Of a stretch of 64,000 nt of DNA, positions 1 to 16,267 are shown one piece after another. Numbering within the stretch: position 1 is the first letter of the stretch; every line of letters begins with the position of its first letter. The position numbers were made by a program, and so were the translations under genes. The notes under the pieces were generated by a model that did no database searches, was not told the DNA's origin, and saw only the letters and a list, made by a program, of their open reading frames with translations. The stretch spans positions 768,001-832,000 of the forward strand of contig CAWJTV010000005.1 of NCBI GenBank assembly GCA_963845755.1, written 5' to 3'. Source of the stretch: an uncultured Planctomycetota bacterium (GTDB lineage Bacteria > Planctomycetota > Planctomycetia > Isosphaerales > Isosphaeraceae).

Positions 1-465
1 GCGGGCATCCGCCTCGTCGACCTGCGCCTGTTCCTGGTCGAATTGCTGCTGGCTGATCGAGCCCCGCGACAATGCGTTGATCGCCCGGTCCCGCGCGAGT
101 GTCGTCTTGGCCAGTTTAAGCGACGCCTTGTAGAGTTCGACCTGGCCTTTGGCCTGATCGAGCTGGGCCTGGTAAGGCCTGGGATCGACCTCGAACAGCA
201 GTTCCCCTGCCTTGACTTCCGCCCCCTCCTTGAAGGGCATCCGTTTCAAGTAGCCCGTGACTCGCGGGCGTATGTCCACCGAATGGACCGCCTCGGTGCG
301 TCCCGTAAAGTCTACGTAATCGGTGACTTCCCGCCGGACGGGGTGACTGACCGGGACCACCGGTGTCTCGGCCGGAGCAACGCGCGGTCGATTCGCCTGG
401 CAACCGCCGGCTGTGGCCACGAAGGTCAAAGCAAATAAGCCTGGGAAGTACACACGCAAACGCAT
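1..465 (-). CDS. RND efflux periplasmic adaptor (AcrA/MexE-like lipoprotein), runs off the left edge
   Basis: Not in the ORF track; I translated it by hand: MRLRVYFPGLFALTFVATAGGC (lipobox)...EVTDYVDFTGRTEAVHSVDIRPRVTGYL...FKEGAEVKAGELLFEVDPRPYQAQLDQAKGQ. GAGG RBS upstream. Confidence 0.9.
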   Translation of the reverse strand, partial: MRLRVYFPGLFALTFVATAGGCQANRPRVAPAETPVVPVSHPVRREVTDYVDFTGRTEAVHSVDIRPRVTGYLKRMPFKEGAEVKAGELLFEVDPRPYQAQLDQAKGQVELYKASLKLAKTTLARDRAINALSRGSISQQQFDQEQAQVDEADAR

Positions 466-898
466 CGACGCCTCACTCGGGATGGTTTCGGAATAATCGT
501 GCAATTGTCATTTCACTTCCAGGTGGATCTGGTTCCCACGCTTCGTGGAGATTGGCCATGAGTTCGGACGTCCGGGCAAGGTGATCACAAACGTTCGTTC
601 ACGGTGATTGAACTCCCGTGGAAGACCTAGGACCACTTGAGGGCACCGACCGGTTCGCGTCACCGACACTACCATTGTATCTAAAGCGATAGTTTCGCGG
701 CCAACGGCCGAGGAAGGCATCAAATCGGGAATTCTCGGATGACTCAACTCCTTCTGATTCCGATCGCGGAGACTGCCCTGGCAACTCGGCAGGGAGACTC
801 TGGGGCGAATGATCGCCGAATGGGGATCCGGTCTAGCTTGCTGGTTGCAAGTTCCCATTGAATAATACAATGGAGTCTGTCGAGGCTTCGAGGCTCTT

Positions 899-1875
899 GT
901 GACCCGGCGGGATGATGCGGGAGAAGGAACCAGGAGACTGAACGCGGATGATCTGGCCGTTCCGGCGGCGCGAGAAGCGCCGCGCCCTGCACCGTTGGAT
1001 GCTGCCGCGATCGTACGGCGTGCGCGGAGGTTACGGTTCCGAGTGCGACCCGACGCGGTCTCCCAACTTGCAGGAGCGTATCACGGGGCTCGGCCTGGGA
1101 TCGGCCTGACTTTCGCGGAACTGCGTGCGTACGAGCCGGGTGACGACGTGCGGCACCTGGACTGGAACGTGACGGCGCGACAGGGGCGGCCGTTCGTCCG
1201 TCGGTTCGTCGAAGAGCGTGCCCTGTGCTTGTGGCTGGTGGTGGACGTTTCGGCAAGCATGCGGTTCGGCCCCGAGCGGAAGACCAAGGCGGACCGAGCG
1301 GCCCAAGCCGCCGCACTGCTGGCTACGGCCGCCGTTCAGAACGGCGACCGGGCCGGACTGATCCTCGTCAGCGATCGCATCGAGGTTGAGCTCGCACCGG
1401 CGGGGGGGGTTCGCCATCTCTCTCAACTGGTCCGCGCCTTGGTGGCGACGCCGACAACTTCGCCCAAGACGAAGTTGAGCGTCGGCCTGGCACGGGTGCG
1501 ACGCACCGCCCGGCGGGCGATGGTCGTGGTGATCAGCGATTTCATAACCGAGGAGCCGGTCGCAACCTGGCGCCGCGCGCGCGCCGACACGACACGATCG
1601 CGTTGCGGGTGGTCGATCCCCGAGAGGACCAACTTCCGGACGCAGGACTTCTGGCGCTGGAGGATGCCGAACGAGGCGTCACTCGCACCGTCGACGCGTC
1701 TTCCAGCCGGGTGCGCAAGCGTTACGCCGAGATCTCCGCCGGTCGCTCGGCGGCCTTCCAGCGCCGGTGCGCCAATTCGGGCATCCAGGCGTTCACGATG
1801 ACGACCGACACCGATCCGATCGTACCGCTGATCGAGCTCTTCTCCAGGCGAGCGACCCACCGAGGCCCCTCGTGA
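899..1875 (+). CDS. DUF58 domain protein (vWA-like, MoxR-associated), one frameshift near 1590
   Basis: G.GLTFAELRAYEPGDDVRHLDWNVTAR...FVEER...VDVSASM...VVISDF; continues in ORF 1603..1875 (VVDPREDQLPDAGL). Confidence 0.88.
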
Positions 1876-2442
1876 ATGATGCCACCTCCCAGCGTTTGGT
1901 TCCCCCTCAACCCAATCTCGGACCGGAGCCGTGGCAAGATCCACATCCGTTGACTCGTATGCTGCCATGGTTTCTGCTCCTCACTTTCTTGGCACTTGCC
2001 TTCTTCATAGGGCGTCGGTACTGGGAGGCGTCGGCCCGCTCCAGGCGGGACCGACCTGCGCCGGGAGATCTCACCGATTCCAATCCCTCGCCACGCGACC
2101 GCCTGGTCGGACTCTCCGCATCGATCCGCGAGGCACTGACCGTCCCGTTCGGGACGGCAGGTCTGCGCCATGACCACGGAGGAGCTGGCGGCCGACTGTC
2201 GACTCGAGAAGTTGCTCGGTGACCAGGACCTCCACGAACTCATTCGTTTCCTCGATCGCGTCGATCACTTGAAGTTCGCCCCCGAGAGGTCCAACCACAA
2301 GCAGGAGGTACTCCAGGAAGCACTGACAACCTGGGAGCCTCGAGTCGAGGTCCTCCGCGAACGGATTCGAGCCAAACCCCGAGAACGGGCCAAACTCCGA
2401 GGAGTGCGGAAGCCACCTGTCAGCCGAGGGGTCACGCGGTGA
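1872..2442 (+). CDS. membrane protein coupled to the DUF58 gene (Bat-operon accessory type), frameshift near 2160
   Basis: GTGA overlap with the DUF58 stop; one TM helix (LPWFLLLTFLALAFFIG), then TTEEL...FLDRVDHLKFA. Confidence 0.65.
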
Positions 2443-2470
2443 GCCCAGCGAATATCGGGCGATCGCTCTG

Positions 2471-3748
2471 CTATGGAAAGCCGTCGAGATCTCGTGCCGC
2501 GGAGTCAGCAGGATGGATCTCAGCCTTGGAGAAGGGCACGGCCAGCATGTCGGTGCGATAGACACCGGTCTGGATCCGGACGCGCCAGGTCATTTCGTCC
2601 GTAACGTTCAGGGCCGAACTTGGCTCGGCAGCCACGAAGGTCTCCGTGGTGTCTGCGGGCTGGAGGATGTTGAATTCCTGCCCGACGATGGCCCACTCAC
2701 TATCGACGGCCAGGGGGAATAGGCGGATGCTCGGGCCCTGCGACGTGGAGATATAAGGCTCCGACGGTCGAAGGCCGCGATCACGGGTCAGCTCGGGTCC
2801 CAGGGGGGTGATGGCGTGTTCCTTGGAGAGGTTTCGCATTCGCAGTCGGAGGACCAAGCATTCCTGCTCGCGGCGGCGCTTGTGGGGCTCGATGGAGCGG
2901 ACGAGCTCTATGGGCGCGGAGATTACGGTCAAGGGTGTGATTTCCAGATCGCCGAGCTGGATGGTCTGACCGAGTCTGGCGCGGTTCTCGGGGGGTATGG
3001 GCCGCGGCGCAGTCGCTGGTATGGCGTCGAGGGTCCGTGATGAGGAATCAATGACCGGCAGGTCGATGCTCGGGGAAACCGGCGCCGACGTACTCGACCA
3101 TCGCCCGGTCCACAGCATCCAGATCAGCGCGAGTGTGATCGCACTGGCGTAGCTCATCAAGAGGACCTGGCTCCAGGCTATCGTGGGCTCGGAGAGGTGG
3201 TCCTCTTCTTCCGATGCCAGTTGCTCATCGTGCCGGTCTCGGTCCTCGACCACGAGATCGATCCCTGGCTGTTCGCCTTCCGGGCCGAGTCCGGGAGTGG
3301 GCGCCGGCGGAGGTGGCGATTGTCCAGGTCGGTGAACCGTTGCTCCCGATTGATCCTCCCTGCCCGCGAGATTCAATGACGCGGCAATGACCGACCGAAA
3401 GATCTCCGATGTGCGTGGTGCTTTGCCCCGGTCTTGCTTGAGCAAAGGGGCATCCTCGTCCTGAGCTAATTTCACGGTCGGACCGGAGGATTCCAGATTC
3501 GGATCGGGGTCCGGTTGCTGGATGGACTGGGACAGGATGACATTGAGATCGTCGAAGCAGGAGTCGTAAGTCGGCTCGTCGGTGGCCGGGACCTCGACCG
3601 AGGGCGATTCGTGCCCGGGCGGGCGATGCGTGGAGGGCGAAGGCCGCTTGGCAGACGCAGCGTCTACGACCTTATCGGTAGGCCCGGTCGCGTGAGGCTT
3701 GTCGGGATTCGGGGTCGGATGCGGTTTGTTCGCGATGTTTCGAGGCAT
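2471..3748 (-). CDS. hypothetical single-pass membrane protein with a low-complexity N-terminus
   Basis: Long ORF; TM segment LLMSYASAITLALIWMLW followed by a beta-rich globular domain; start uncertain (3748 or 3781). Confidence 0.7.
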   Translation of the reverse strand: MPRNIANKPHPTPNPDKPHATGPTDKVVDAASAKRPSPSTHRPPGHESPSVEVPATDEPTYDSCFDDLNVILSQSIQQPDPDPNLESSGPTVKLAQDEDAPLLKQDRGKAPRTSEIFRSVIAASLNLAGREDQSGATVHRPGQSPPPPAPTPGLGPEGEQPGIDLVVEDRDRHDEQLASEEEDHLSEPTIAWSQVLLMSYASAITLALIWMLWTGRWSSTSAPVSPSIDLPVIDSSSRTLDAIPATAPRPIPPENRARLGQTIQLGDLEITPLTVISAPIELVRSIEPHKRRREQECLVLRLRMRNLSKEHAITPLGPELTRDRGLRPSEPYISTSQGPSIRLFPLAVDSEWAIVGQEFNILQPADTTETFVAAEPSSALNVTDEMTWRVRIQTGVYRTDMLAVPFSKAEIHPADSAARDLDGFP

Positions 3749-3896
3749 GATGAAGAACCCGCGAGTATCGGCCCGGATCATGCGAAGGTCTTTATGCGAT
3801 TTCGACCGCGGCCTACAGATAGTTTAACAATCAAGTTGTGTGCTTGGCGATACGCTTGATCCCATTTCACGAACCTTTCAGTCGCAAAGTGATGGC

Positions 3897-4688
3897 TCAG
3901 GAAGCGCGTCGGAGTCGGACGGTCGTGCCCGCACCCGCGGTCAATTGTCGGGCGGCATCACCGTTGACGACTGCGACCTCGACCCAGCCCGAACTTCCGA
4001 CCACGGCGACGAGGGTTCCGGACGGGCGTTCCCCGTAAGTGTTTCGGATGCCCCGGATCCGTTCTCCCGCGATCTCGACGACCCAGGCATCGTGGGCCGT
4101 GCCGACGAGTTGATCGGCGTTCACATTAGTAATCAAGTTACCGAATGCGTCTCGGAAGATCACCTCACCGACGATCCCAAGGTCATCGGCCGTCGGTTCG
4201 AAGTTCCGTAGCGTGATGACCTTGGTTCGCGGAGGGCCGAGCTCCTCGGGTCTACCGCCGCGGATCAGGTGGGCGGCGGCGGGGGCCATGATATCACGCC
4301 CGTGAAACGTGGCGGAGACGACCTCCCGACGGAGGGCCGGGCTGGTGATCTCCCATACGCCCTCGGGCGTTCGGCTCCGTATCACCCCCGTGATGAGGCC
4401 GTTATCGGGGAGCACGAACCACTGGCCGGCGACCCGGACCGCGATCAATCGTCGATCCGTACCCACGCCGGGGTCCACCACGGCGAGGTGGACCGATCCT
4501 TTCGGAAATGCGTCCACGATCGCCGCCAGGACGAAGCCGCCTTCGAGGATGTTCTGCGGCGAGATCGTGTGGCAGACGTCCACGATCTGGATCCCTGGCG
4601 CCATGTCGAGGAGGACGCCTTCGAGCGCGGCCACGTAGGGACCGCCGAGGCCGAAATCGGTGGTCAACGTGACGATGCCCGATCTCAT
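3897..4688 (-). CDS. SAM hydroxide adenosyltransferase (DUF62; fluorinase/chlorinase superfamily)
   Basis: TLTTDFG, VVDPGVGTDRR, PDNG, SATFHGRD and D.FGNLITN motifs. Confidence 0.92.
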   Translation of the reverse strand: MRSGIVTLTTDFGLGGPYVAALEGVLLDMAPGIQIVDVCHTISPQNILEGGFVLAAIVDAFPKGSVHLAVVDPGVGTDRRLIAVRVAGQWFVLPDNGLITGVIRSRTPEGVWEITSPALRREVVSATFHGRDIMAPAAAHLIRGGRPEELGPPRTKVITLRNFEPTADDLGIVGEVIFRDAFGNLITNVNADQLVGTAHDAWVVEIAGERIRGIRNTYGERPSGTLVAVVGSSGWVEVAVVNGDAARQLTAGAGTTVRLRRAS

Positions 4689-4775
4689 CGTGCCTTCCAG
4701 CCGGTCCGGTACGTCCGTCGGATCGCCGTCACCGGTTCAACCCATCAGCCCCGTCCGATTCGTTCGATGTTCGGT

Positions 4776-5126
4776 TCACGATTGGCGCGCCTCGTAGACC
4801 GCCGTGATTCGAGAGGTCATCCCACCTCGCGGGTTGAAATGACCGGCGACGCTCATCCTCCTCGGATGACACGATTCCACCAAATCGTCAAGAATCGTGT
4901 TGATCGCATGTTCGTAGAAGATTCCTCGATCCCGATAGCTGAACAGGTATAGCTTCATACTTTTCAGTTCGAGACAAGTCGCGCCAGGGATGTACTGGAT
5001 GACGATTGTCCCGAAATCGGGTTGACCCGTCTTGGGGCAAACCGCCGTGAATTCCGGGCACGTGATCTCGATCTCGTAATCGCGGTGCGGGAACTGGTTC
5101 GGGAAGGTATCCACCACGGAAGGCAT
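4776..5126 (-). CDS. queF: NADPH-dependent preQ0 reductase (type I QueF)
   Basis: PEFTAVCPKTGQPDFG, ELKSMKLYL, YEH and FNPRGG motifs. Confidence 0.95.
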   Translation of the reverse strand: MPSVVDTFPNQFPHRDYEIEITCPEFTAVCPKTGQPDFGTIVIQYIPGATCLELKSMKLYLFSYRDRGIFYEHAINTILDDLVESCHPRRMSVAGHFNPRGGMTSRITAVYEARQS

Positions 5127-5518
5127 GTCGGTCGAGTCCTCGCAAGGGTAAGGCGATCGACGCTCCGGAACGCACCAGCAAATCGGCCTGTCCCCCGACC
5201 CTGTGGGCTGGCCGGGGGGCGAGCCGATGCTCGCGAACGCTCGGCGTCTCGATCACCACTATTGTAGACGATGCGATCACGGGCCAGGTAGTTCGTCCGG
5301 ATGGATTCTTGAGGAATTGGAAACACGGATGGCACGACGGCGACTGGCTCCTCGGGAAATCTCCGTCTCCCGGAACGGTCGATTTGCGATATCAACGAAT
5401 GCCGTCTCACAGAATCGATCAAGGTTGCGGTCCTCGAAGGCCGGGTCGATGCGGTGTCGACCGAGGCGAAATGCTCGAGCTGTTCTGCTCGCATGATCGG
5501 CCCCACGGCGAGAGAGAA

Positions 5519-6969
<1,451 letters not shown>

Positions 6970-6973
<4 letters not shown>

Positions 6974-7791
6974 GGCGTGGTCTCCCCATTGGCGGGTCGT
7001 TCGCTCGAGTCGCTCGCGGACCGGGCCAGGAAGGGCGCGGCCCATTTCTTTTCTTCAGGCTGCAAACGCGGGCTAGTCGGTTGGTGGTAGTCAATCACCA
7101 TGTCGTAACCCGCTCTATCCATGAGACTATGAAGTATGGAATTGAGATCGAGGATCTGTTCCGTATCCGCGGGAAGAAGTGGGATGGGGATCGCTGGGAT
7201 CGGAGTGGTCCAGCGAAACGAGTACAGGAGGGCTCTCCTACGCGGCCTGGCATGGCAGACGAGGATCCGATAATCCTCACGGGGGGGCGGATTAAGCAGA
7301 GGCATCGGCCTGCCACCTCGCAGCAGGTCGACCTCGACGTAGTTAACCTTCGAGAGGACCAGATCGCGCCGCTTCTCGAGGTATTCAGCTCGACCGTCCT
7401 TCGTTTTCTTATTCGTTGGAGAGAGGACATCGATCACCGTCACGAGTTTGAGCCCTGGCAGCTCCTTGATCGTCACATAAGTCTCCTCGATCTCCTCGAC
7501 GGGGAGAACCACTTCGACCGGCTGCACTCCGGTGTGCTCCAGAACGGCGACACGCGGAGTTCCCCTTGCGGTGAGTCGTCTTCTGGCGCGGACGACGACG
7601 TCGGGCTCGTAGACACTGTCCACGTCCATGCCGGATAAGAGTGTTGTCCGTGACTCCACACCCACGAAGTACCGCGGTCGGAGCCGCGGCGCGAGGTCGT
7701 CGCGTATTGAGTTAATCAGGCCGCTGTGCAAGTCCGGCCAGAGGACGGAACTCTCGAGCCAGGGGTCCATGCCGGGAAATTGGGGACGCAT
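6970..7791 (-). CDS. DUF4058 family protein
   Basis: [15 protein letters not shown]...[10 protein letters not shown]...YLEKR...EVDLLRGG. Confidence 0.85.
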
Positions 7792-7800
7792 GGCAGGAAA

Positions 7801-10998
<3,198 letters not shown>

Positions 10999-11120
10999 AA
11001 TTCGATGCCTCTCCGAAGAACACCCGCCTCGCCAGGCCGAGCCGACTTCGGCCCGCCTCGAATTGGGGTGGCACTCTCGTCACCATTGCCAGGAGGTTGC
11101 GGCACCCGGAAGTCCCGGGA

Positions 11121-12584
11121 TCAAGGTGGGACTCGACACGGGCATGCCGAGCATTTCCATTGTACGCCGCGGCGCGCCGTATCTCCACGGGGTTCATCCA
11201 AAACGCCGGCATGCACTCGTGACCACGATGGATTCACGGACCTGGGTTCGTTTGCCGACTCTCCATGACTTCGGAGTGCTACACCAAAGAGAAGCATTAG
11301 CGTGATGGCGAAGAACAGGGCACGGAGAATCGGCAGCCGATGACGCGCCATCGTTGCGACTGGCGGCCTGGCTTCGTTTTGCTCATTCCCGCGATCGAGG
11401 AGTGGCGGCGTGGCCTGGTCGTTCTCCTCTCCGCGATCCTGCGGTGTAACCGAAGGTTGCTCTTGCCTATCCTGGTCCTCGAACCGCAGAGCGGTGGTTG
11501 CCTCTCGCGCTTCCTTCTGATCGACCGGTGGGTTTGCCGAAGACGGACCAGCCACCGCGGAATCCGGCTCCGCTCCCGGGCCGGATCGGCGGACTTTGAG
11601 CAGGGTGTCGAGGCTGCGGAACAGCGACCGGCTGCACGAGAACTGGTAGCGACGCAGCCGCTCTCCCTCGGTGCTGGTGTCGAACGACAGGAGGTCCGCT
11701 TGCCGGGCCACATCCGCCTCGGCGCGACGGCGATGCTCGGCGGTCAGCGGCTCCAGCCGCGCGATCGCCCGGTCCGCGACGCTCCGCAGCTCCTCGATCG
11801 TCGCCGCCTGGTCCTGCGCCAGTCCCTCGACCAACTGTCGGTCCAGCTTGCGCGCCAGGTACCCGTCGATCTCCGGGTGCGGGTTGGCCCGCCGGCGCTC
11901 GCAGTGGTTCTCCCACTCCTCGGCCGTCAGGTTCAGCGGCGGTTTCCCCAGCAGGCGGATCGCCCTGGACTTTTCGGTCGATGGCCAGGCCTGGCCCTGG
12001 TCGAGGATCGCGCGGAGCTCGATCCAGCGGTCGAGCATCCACTGGCAGCCGGGACCGGTGGATTCGAGGCGGCGGAAGATGGCCCCGGCGTGATCGAGGA
12101 CGTCGAGGGGCCGGGAGGTCTGGGACTTGCGGCCCGGGAGCAGGGCTTCGAGGATCTGGCTCTGAAGCTTGATCTCCCCCGACACGTTGCGATCGCTGAA
12201 GAGCCGACGGCCCAGCGCGGCGGCCTCTTCCTGCTGACGATTCGCCTCCAGGACCGGCAGCGTTTCGATGATATGGGACAATCGGGCGACCTCGGCGCGA
12301 TCGGCCCGATCCAATTTCCAGGAGGACTGCACCGCCTGCTCGACCAGGAACTGCTCGACGTCGTTTTGGGGCTGGAGGTTGCCGATCCAGGAGTCGAGCC
12401 GCTCTTGAAGCGCGTCGGGATCCTCGCCGGGCAAGACGAGAGTCCTGGCGGTCATGCCGTGCTTGACGGCGTTGAACCGGGAGCGGTTCTTGCCCTCGGG
12501 TGTCCGGGGTCCGGTGCTCTTCTGGGCATTGCGGCGGTTGATCTCGGCCCGATCGGGCCTGGTCTCGGTGCAGGTTGTGGTCAT
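11121..12584 (-). CDS. hypothetical protein of the NRRNAQKSTGPRT family (multicopy in Isosphaeraceae)
   Basis: AEINRRNAQKSTGPRTPEGKNRSRFNAVKHGMTA; start placed at MTTTCTET, which has an AGAGGAAGAG RBS. Confidence 0.75.
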   Translation of the reverse strand: MTTTCTETRPDRAEINRRNAQKSTGPRTPEGKNRSRFNAVKHGMTARTLVLPGEDPDALQERLDSWIGNLQPQNDVEQFLVEQAVQSSWKLDRADRAEVARLSHIIETLPVLEANRQQEEAAALGRRLFSDRNVSGEIKLQSQILEALLPGRKSQTSRPLDVLDHAGAIFRRLESTGPGCQWMLDRWIELRAILDQGQAWPSTEKSRAIRLLGKPPLNLTAEEWENHCERRRANPHPEIDGYLARKLDRQLVEGLAQDQAATIEELRSVADRAIARLEPLTAEHRRRAEADVARQADLLSFDTSTEGERLRRYQFSCSRSLFRSLDTLLKVRRSGPGAEPDSAVAGPSSANPPVDQKEAREATTALRFEDQDRQEQPSVTPQDRGEENDQATPPLLDRGNEQNEARPPVATMARHRLPILRALFFAITLMLLFGVALRSHGESANEPRSVNPSWSRVHAGVLDEPRGDTARRGVQWKCSACPCRVPP

Positions 12585-12979
12585 GGTGCTCTTCCTCTGG
12601 TGCGATGGCAATGGCAGTCGTTCTCGTCGAGTTCTCGTGAGGTTCTTCAAGAGACCAAGGGTTTCTCCGGAAGGCAGAGAGTTGAAGGCGGTATAGAGCG
12701 GTGACAAACCCGGCCAGGTTGAGAATGTGTTGCTCGGCTCGAGGGTGCGATACTCGCGGCCGTTTACTGATATGATCCGATCGAGCGCTCTCTCAGTTGC
12801 ATAAAAATTGCCGCATATCAAGTTTTTTCGCGCAGGGCAGCAGGAACAGTTTCACAACCATTTATCCAATCGACAGTTACGTCGAAAGTTGCCGAATCTC
12901 GGGAAGAGCCGGAAACTTCGGTTTGATGGTTTTGCCGTGATCTAAGCACCTGGCCAGGGTTATCCAGCACTGGGTCCCG

Positions 12980-13045
12980 GGCGAGCGGGGGGCGTCAGCC
13001 CCCAGTCAGGTCGATCGGACAGGGGGCTGACGCCCCCCGCTCGCC
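12980..13045. repeat. perfect 24-bp inverted repeat, REP-like
   Basis: GGCGAGCGGGGGGCGTCAGCCCCC (12980-13003) and its exact reverse complement (13022-13045), 18-nt loop. Confidence 0.9.
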
Positions 13046-13332
13046 TCTCGGAACCGCCTTCGAACCCCAAAGAGTGCAAGGAAACCACGGCCGGCTGCTC
13101 AGCGAGCCCGAGTTGGGAACGAAACCCGACTGGTGACGCTGAACGAGCCTCTTTCCGATGGGGACCCGCAAAGGGAGGGGCCCCATGGAGATGTCGAGGG
13201 GACCCAGGTGATCGGCGATCCCTCGATAGACGGGGTGAAGTCCCGCCGTCAGGCGCGAAGAGCCACGGAAGCCAAGGATTCAACCCGTCGATCCCAGTCG
13301 GAGGCGACATGGGAGCGGCTTCCGTTTCTCCC

Positions 13333-14324
13333 TCAGAAGCCGGGCTCCTCGTAAACACCGGGCACGGGGCCATCCGGCAAGGGCGGCGAAGGTGGGAGAT
13401 TGGACGAATCCTGGCACGATGTGGACTGAACGGAGTATTCCTCCGCGTGCCCGACGATCAGTTCCGTCGTGACATACTGCTCCAAGAACGCCGGCATTGA
13501 ATCGGTTACGCCGGGATCCGGAGCGACCGTTTCCAAGGATGCGTTGGCGGCCTGGTGGGCGATCGAGGCCGGTCGGCGACGATCGAGGAGGTGGCCGACG
13601 TCGAACCGTTCGCCGATGTAGTGGCGACGGACGTCGGGGTTCTTGAGGATCTGCTCGCGGTTGCCGTAGGCGAAGACGCGTCCCTCGCGGATCAGGTAGC
13701 AGCGATCGGTGACCTCGAGCGTCTCGCGGAACTGGTGATCGGTCAGGAGGATCCCCATGTTGTAGGCGCTCGGCCAGCTCGCGGATCGAGTCCTGGATTT
13801 CCGCGACCGTCTTGGGATCAATGCCGGCGAACGGCTCGTCGAGCAGGATCAACTTCGGCTCGGTGATGAGCGAGCGGGCAATCTCGAGCCTACGGCGACT
13901 CACCGCCCGAAACGCGATTGGCCTTCGTCTTGCGGATCTTGGTCAGCCCGAACTGGTCGAGAAGCTCGTTCTGTCGCTCGACACGCTGCTTGCGATTGAG
14001 ATGCTTGCGCGTCTCCAGGATCGCCATCAGGTTGTCTTCCACGGACAACTGTTTGAAGACGCTGGAGTCTTGTGCAAGATAACCCATGCCGGCCCGCGCA
14101 TGGAGGTACATCGGCAATCGCGTGATGTCGCGGCCGTCGAAGATGACCTGGCCGCCATCGGCGGGGATCAGGCCAATCGTCATCCGGAAGCTGGTGGTCT
14201 TGCCCGCGCCGTTGGGACCGAGTAGCCCGACCACCTCCCCCTGCTCCACATCATAATCAACGCCGTTGACAACCTGTCGGCGTCCGTACCACTTTTCCAG
14301 ACCACGGACCTGTAGCAGGGGCAT
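13333..14324 (-). CDS. lptB: LPS export ABC transporter ATP-binding protein, two frameshifts (near 13900 and 13780)
   Basis: [56 protein letters not shown]. Confidence 0.9.
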
Positions 14325-14526
14325 ACCTCGATCCTCCTTGATCGTTCTGGTCCTTGAGTCTTTAAGTTCTTGAGTCCTTGTCTTTGATAGCGTTCGGCCG
14401 TCTTCACTTGGCTGTCCGGGGACACGCACCGGGATGCCTGATGGCTGGCGAGGGATTGATAAGAGGCCCGGGACTGTCGAGGAACAGAGCCCAAGGACTT
14501 AAGGACACAAGATCCCAGGACCCAAA

Positions 14527-16267
14527 TTAGCGAATCCACTTCATTCGTTCGAGGTAGGGGCGGAAGATCAAACGGGTGTCGCGGTTGAGCCGGATGTCGG
14601 GACCGAACGGGACCCCATGTGGCCAGTAGACGTAGAAGGCCTTGCCCGTCAGGAGCTCGCGAGGGACCTCCCAGGGCTGTCGCCCGGACTCATCCCACAT
14701 GGCGTCCTCCGTCGTCCAGGCGCGGCTGTCCTTGCTCCGGGGACTGTTGTCTCCCATCATGAAGAAGGAATCGGGTCCGATGCGGAATTCCCGAGGTCGA
14801 ATCTTCGACAGATTCGGGAAACGCTCCGGGTCGGCCAGGAAGTTGAAGACTTCGGTTGGGCCGACGGGCCGGTCTGCCTCCCAGACATCCTCATAATCGG
14901 ACCCGGTGGGGGATTGGGTATAATAGATATCCCGTTTCAGGACAAGGTCGCTCGCCTCGAGTGCGACATTGCTCACGGCGAGTGCCGCGGGAGCCAGGTC
15001 GGCGGCCGTTGGCGCGAGAAGCGACTCGTCGCGGTCGTAGACAAATCCCGGCGCACTCGCGGGCTTTCCGTTGATGGTCAGGGTAATGCGGTCATCGACG
15101 TTGGCAAACTCCACCTGATAGCGGCCCGGCCCCTTCATCGTGGAGGTCCCCTTGCCGAGAACCTCATCGCCGCGCGTGAAAGTGGCCTCTCCTGACTCCA
15201 GTTCGATCGCGCAGCGGTAAGGGATCCCCGCCTTGACCAGCTCGAACCGAACCGTCCCATGCGGGGAAACCTTGGTGACCTCGATGCTCGATTCCAGCGT
15301 CAGGTCGCCAACCCAGTGAAGTTGCTTCCACGAGTTGTCATTCCGCCGGGACCCGATGGCCCGGCTGCGGGGATCCTCCAACTGATTGGTGTTGTACGAG
15401 TAGAAGTCGGTGACCAGGGTGGCTCGGGGCGGTCGAGGCAGTTCCTGATCCGTGATAAGGGCCTCCCACTGATCCGGTTCCGGGACGAGGTGGTGGTATC
15501 GCAGCTCGGACCAGGCCTCGTTCGGCTCGGCCGAGAATCGATAACGGCTCTCCGTCTTGTTGACCGGCTTCCAACCGTCCTTCCCTCGCCATCGCAACCA
15601 CTCGGGTCGATCGGCGAGCGCGCCGGGGCCGATATCGATCATCGTACACCATGATCTGCATGGCGGATTGATGACGCAGCGGCTTCCGGGCCAAATGGAA
15701 GGTATCCTCTCCCTGAGCTTTGACATAAACGTCGCCATGCGCGATGCGGAGGGTCTCGCCGGGAAGTCCGATCAGGCGTTTGATGTAGCTGAGCTCGGGC
15801 TCCTCGGGATAACGGAAGACGACGACATCCCAGCGTTCCGGCGGCCCGCTGCCCGGCAGGAATGGCAAGTCGTAAGGGAACATCATCACGAGGATCCGGT
15901 CGCCCTTGAAACTCGGCTGCTCGCGCAACTGATCATCTTGATAGCGGCAGTTCACGCAGATGCCCGAGTAGACCTCGCCGGCGAACGATCGCGTGTCAAC
16001 CTCGTCGGAGGCGTTCACCGTATAGGTGAATCCACATTGCGGACAGGCGACCTCTTTGTGCCGGCCCATCAAGGTCGGGGCCATGGATCCGGTCGGGATC
16101 ACGAATGCCTGGGCTTCGAATCCCCGAACGACCAGCGCCAGGATAAAGGCCACCACGACGGCCTCGATCGTGTCACGATAGCCTTCCTTGGTGCGAAGTT
16201 CAGTAGGGAGGGTGGATGGCCGGATGGTGCCGGCCGGTTTGGGCTGAATGGCGGTTGACCGTCCCAT
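14527..16267 (-). CDS. lepB: signal peptidase I, large planctomycete type, frameshift near 15630
   Basis: FVIPTGSMAPTL, GDRILV, WDVVVFRYP, YIKRL, MMGDNSPRSKDSR. Confidence 0.9.

Noticed and set aside
43..438. Plus-strand 131-aa ORF, and other long antisense ORFs (5309..6307, 24364..26427, 27774..29315, 46404..48068, 50578..52131, 53438..54784)
   Set aside because: Shadow frames of well-supported genes on the opposite strand or in another frame, as expected in high-GC DNA.
466..898. Structured ncRNA in the RND/DUF58 intergenic region (also considered for 40076-40540)
   Set aside because: No recognisable family motif or convincing long helices by eye; consistent with divergent promoter DNA.
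3897..4688. Fluorinase or chlorinase
   Set aside because: It keeps the His/Arg/Asp set of DUF62 hydrolases, and no halometabolite cluster is nearby.
5127..5518. preQ1 riboswitch upstream of queF
   Set aside because: I saw no preQ1-like stem with an A-rich tail on the minus strand; an Infernal scan would settle it.
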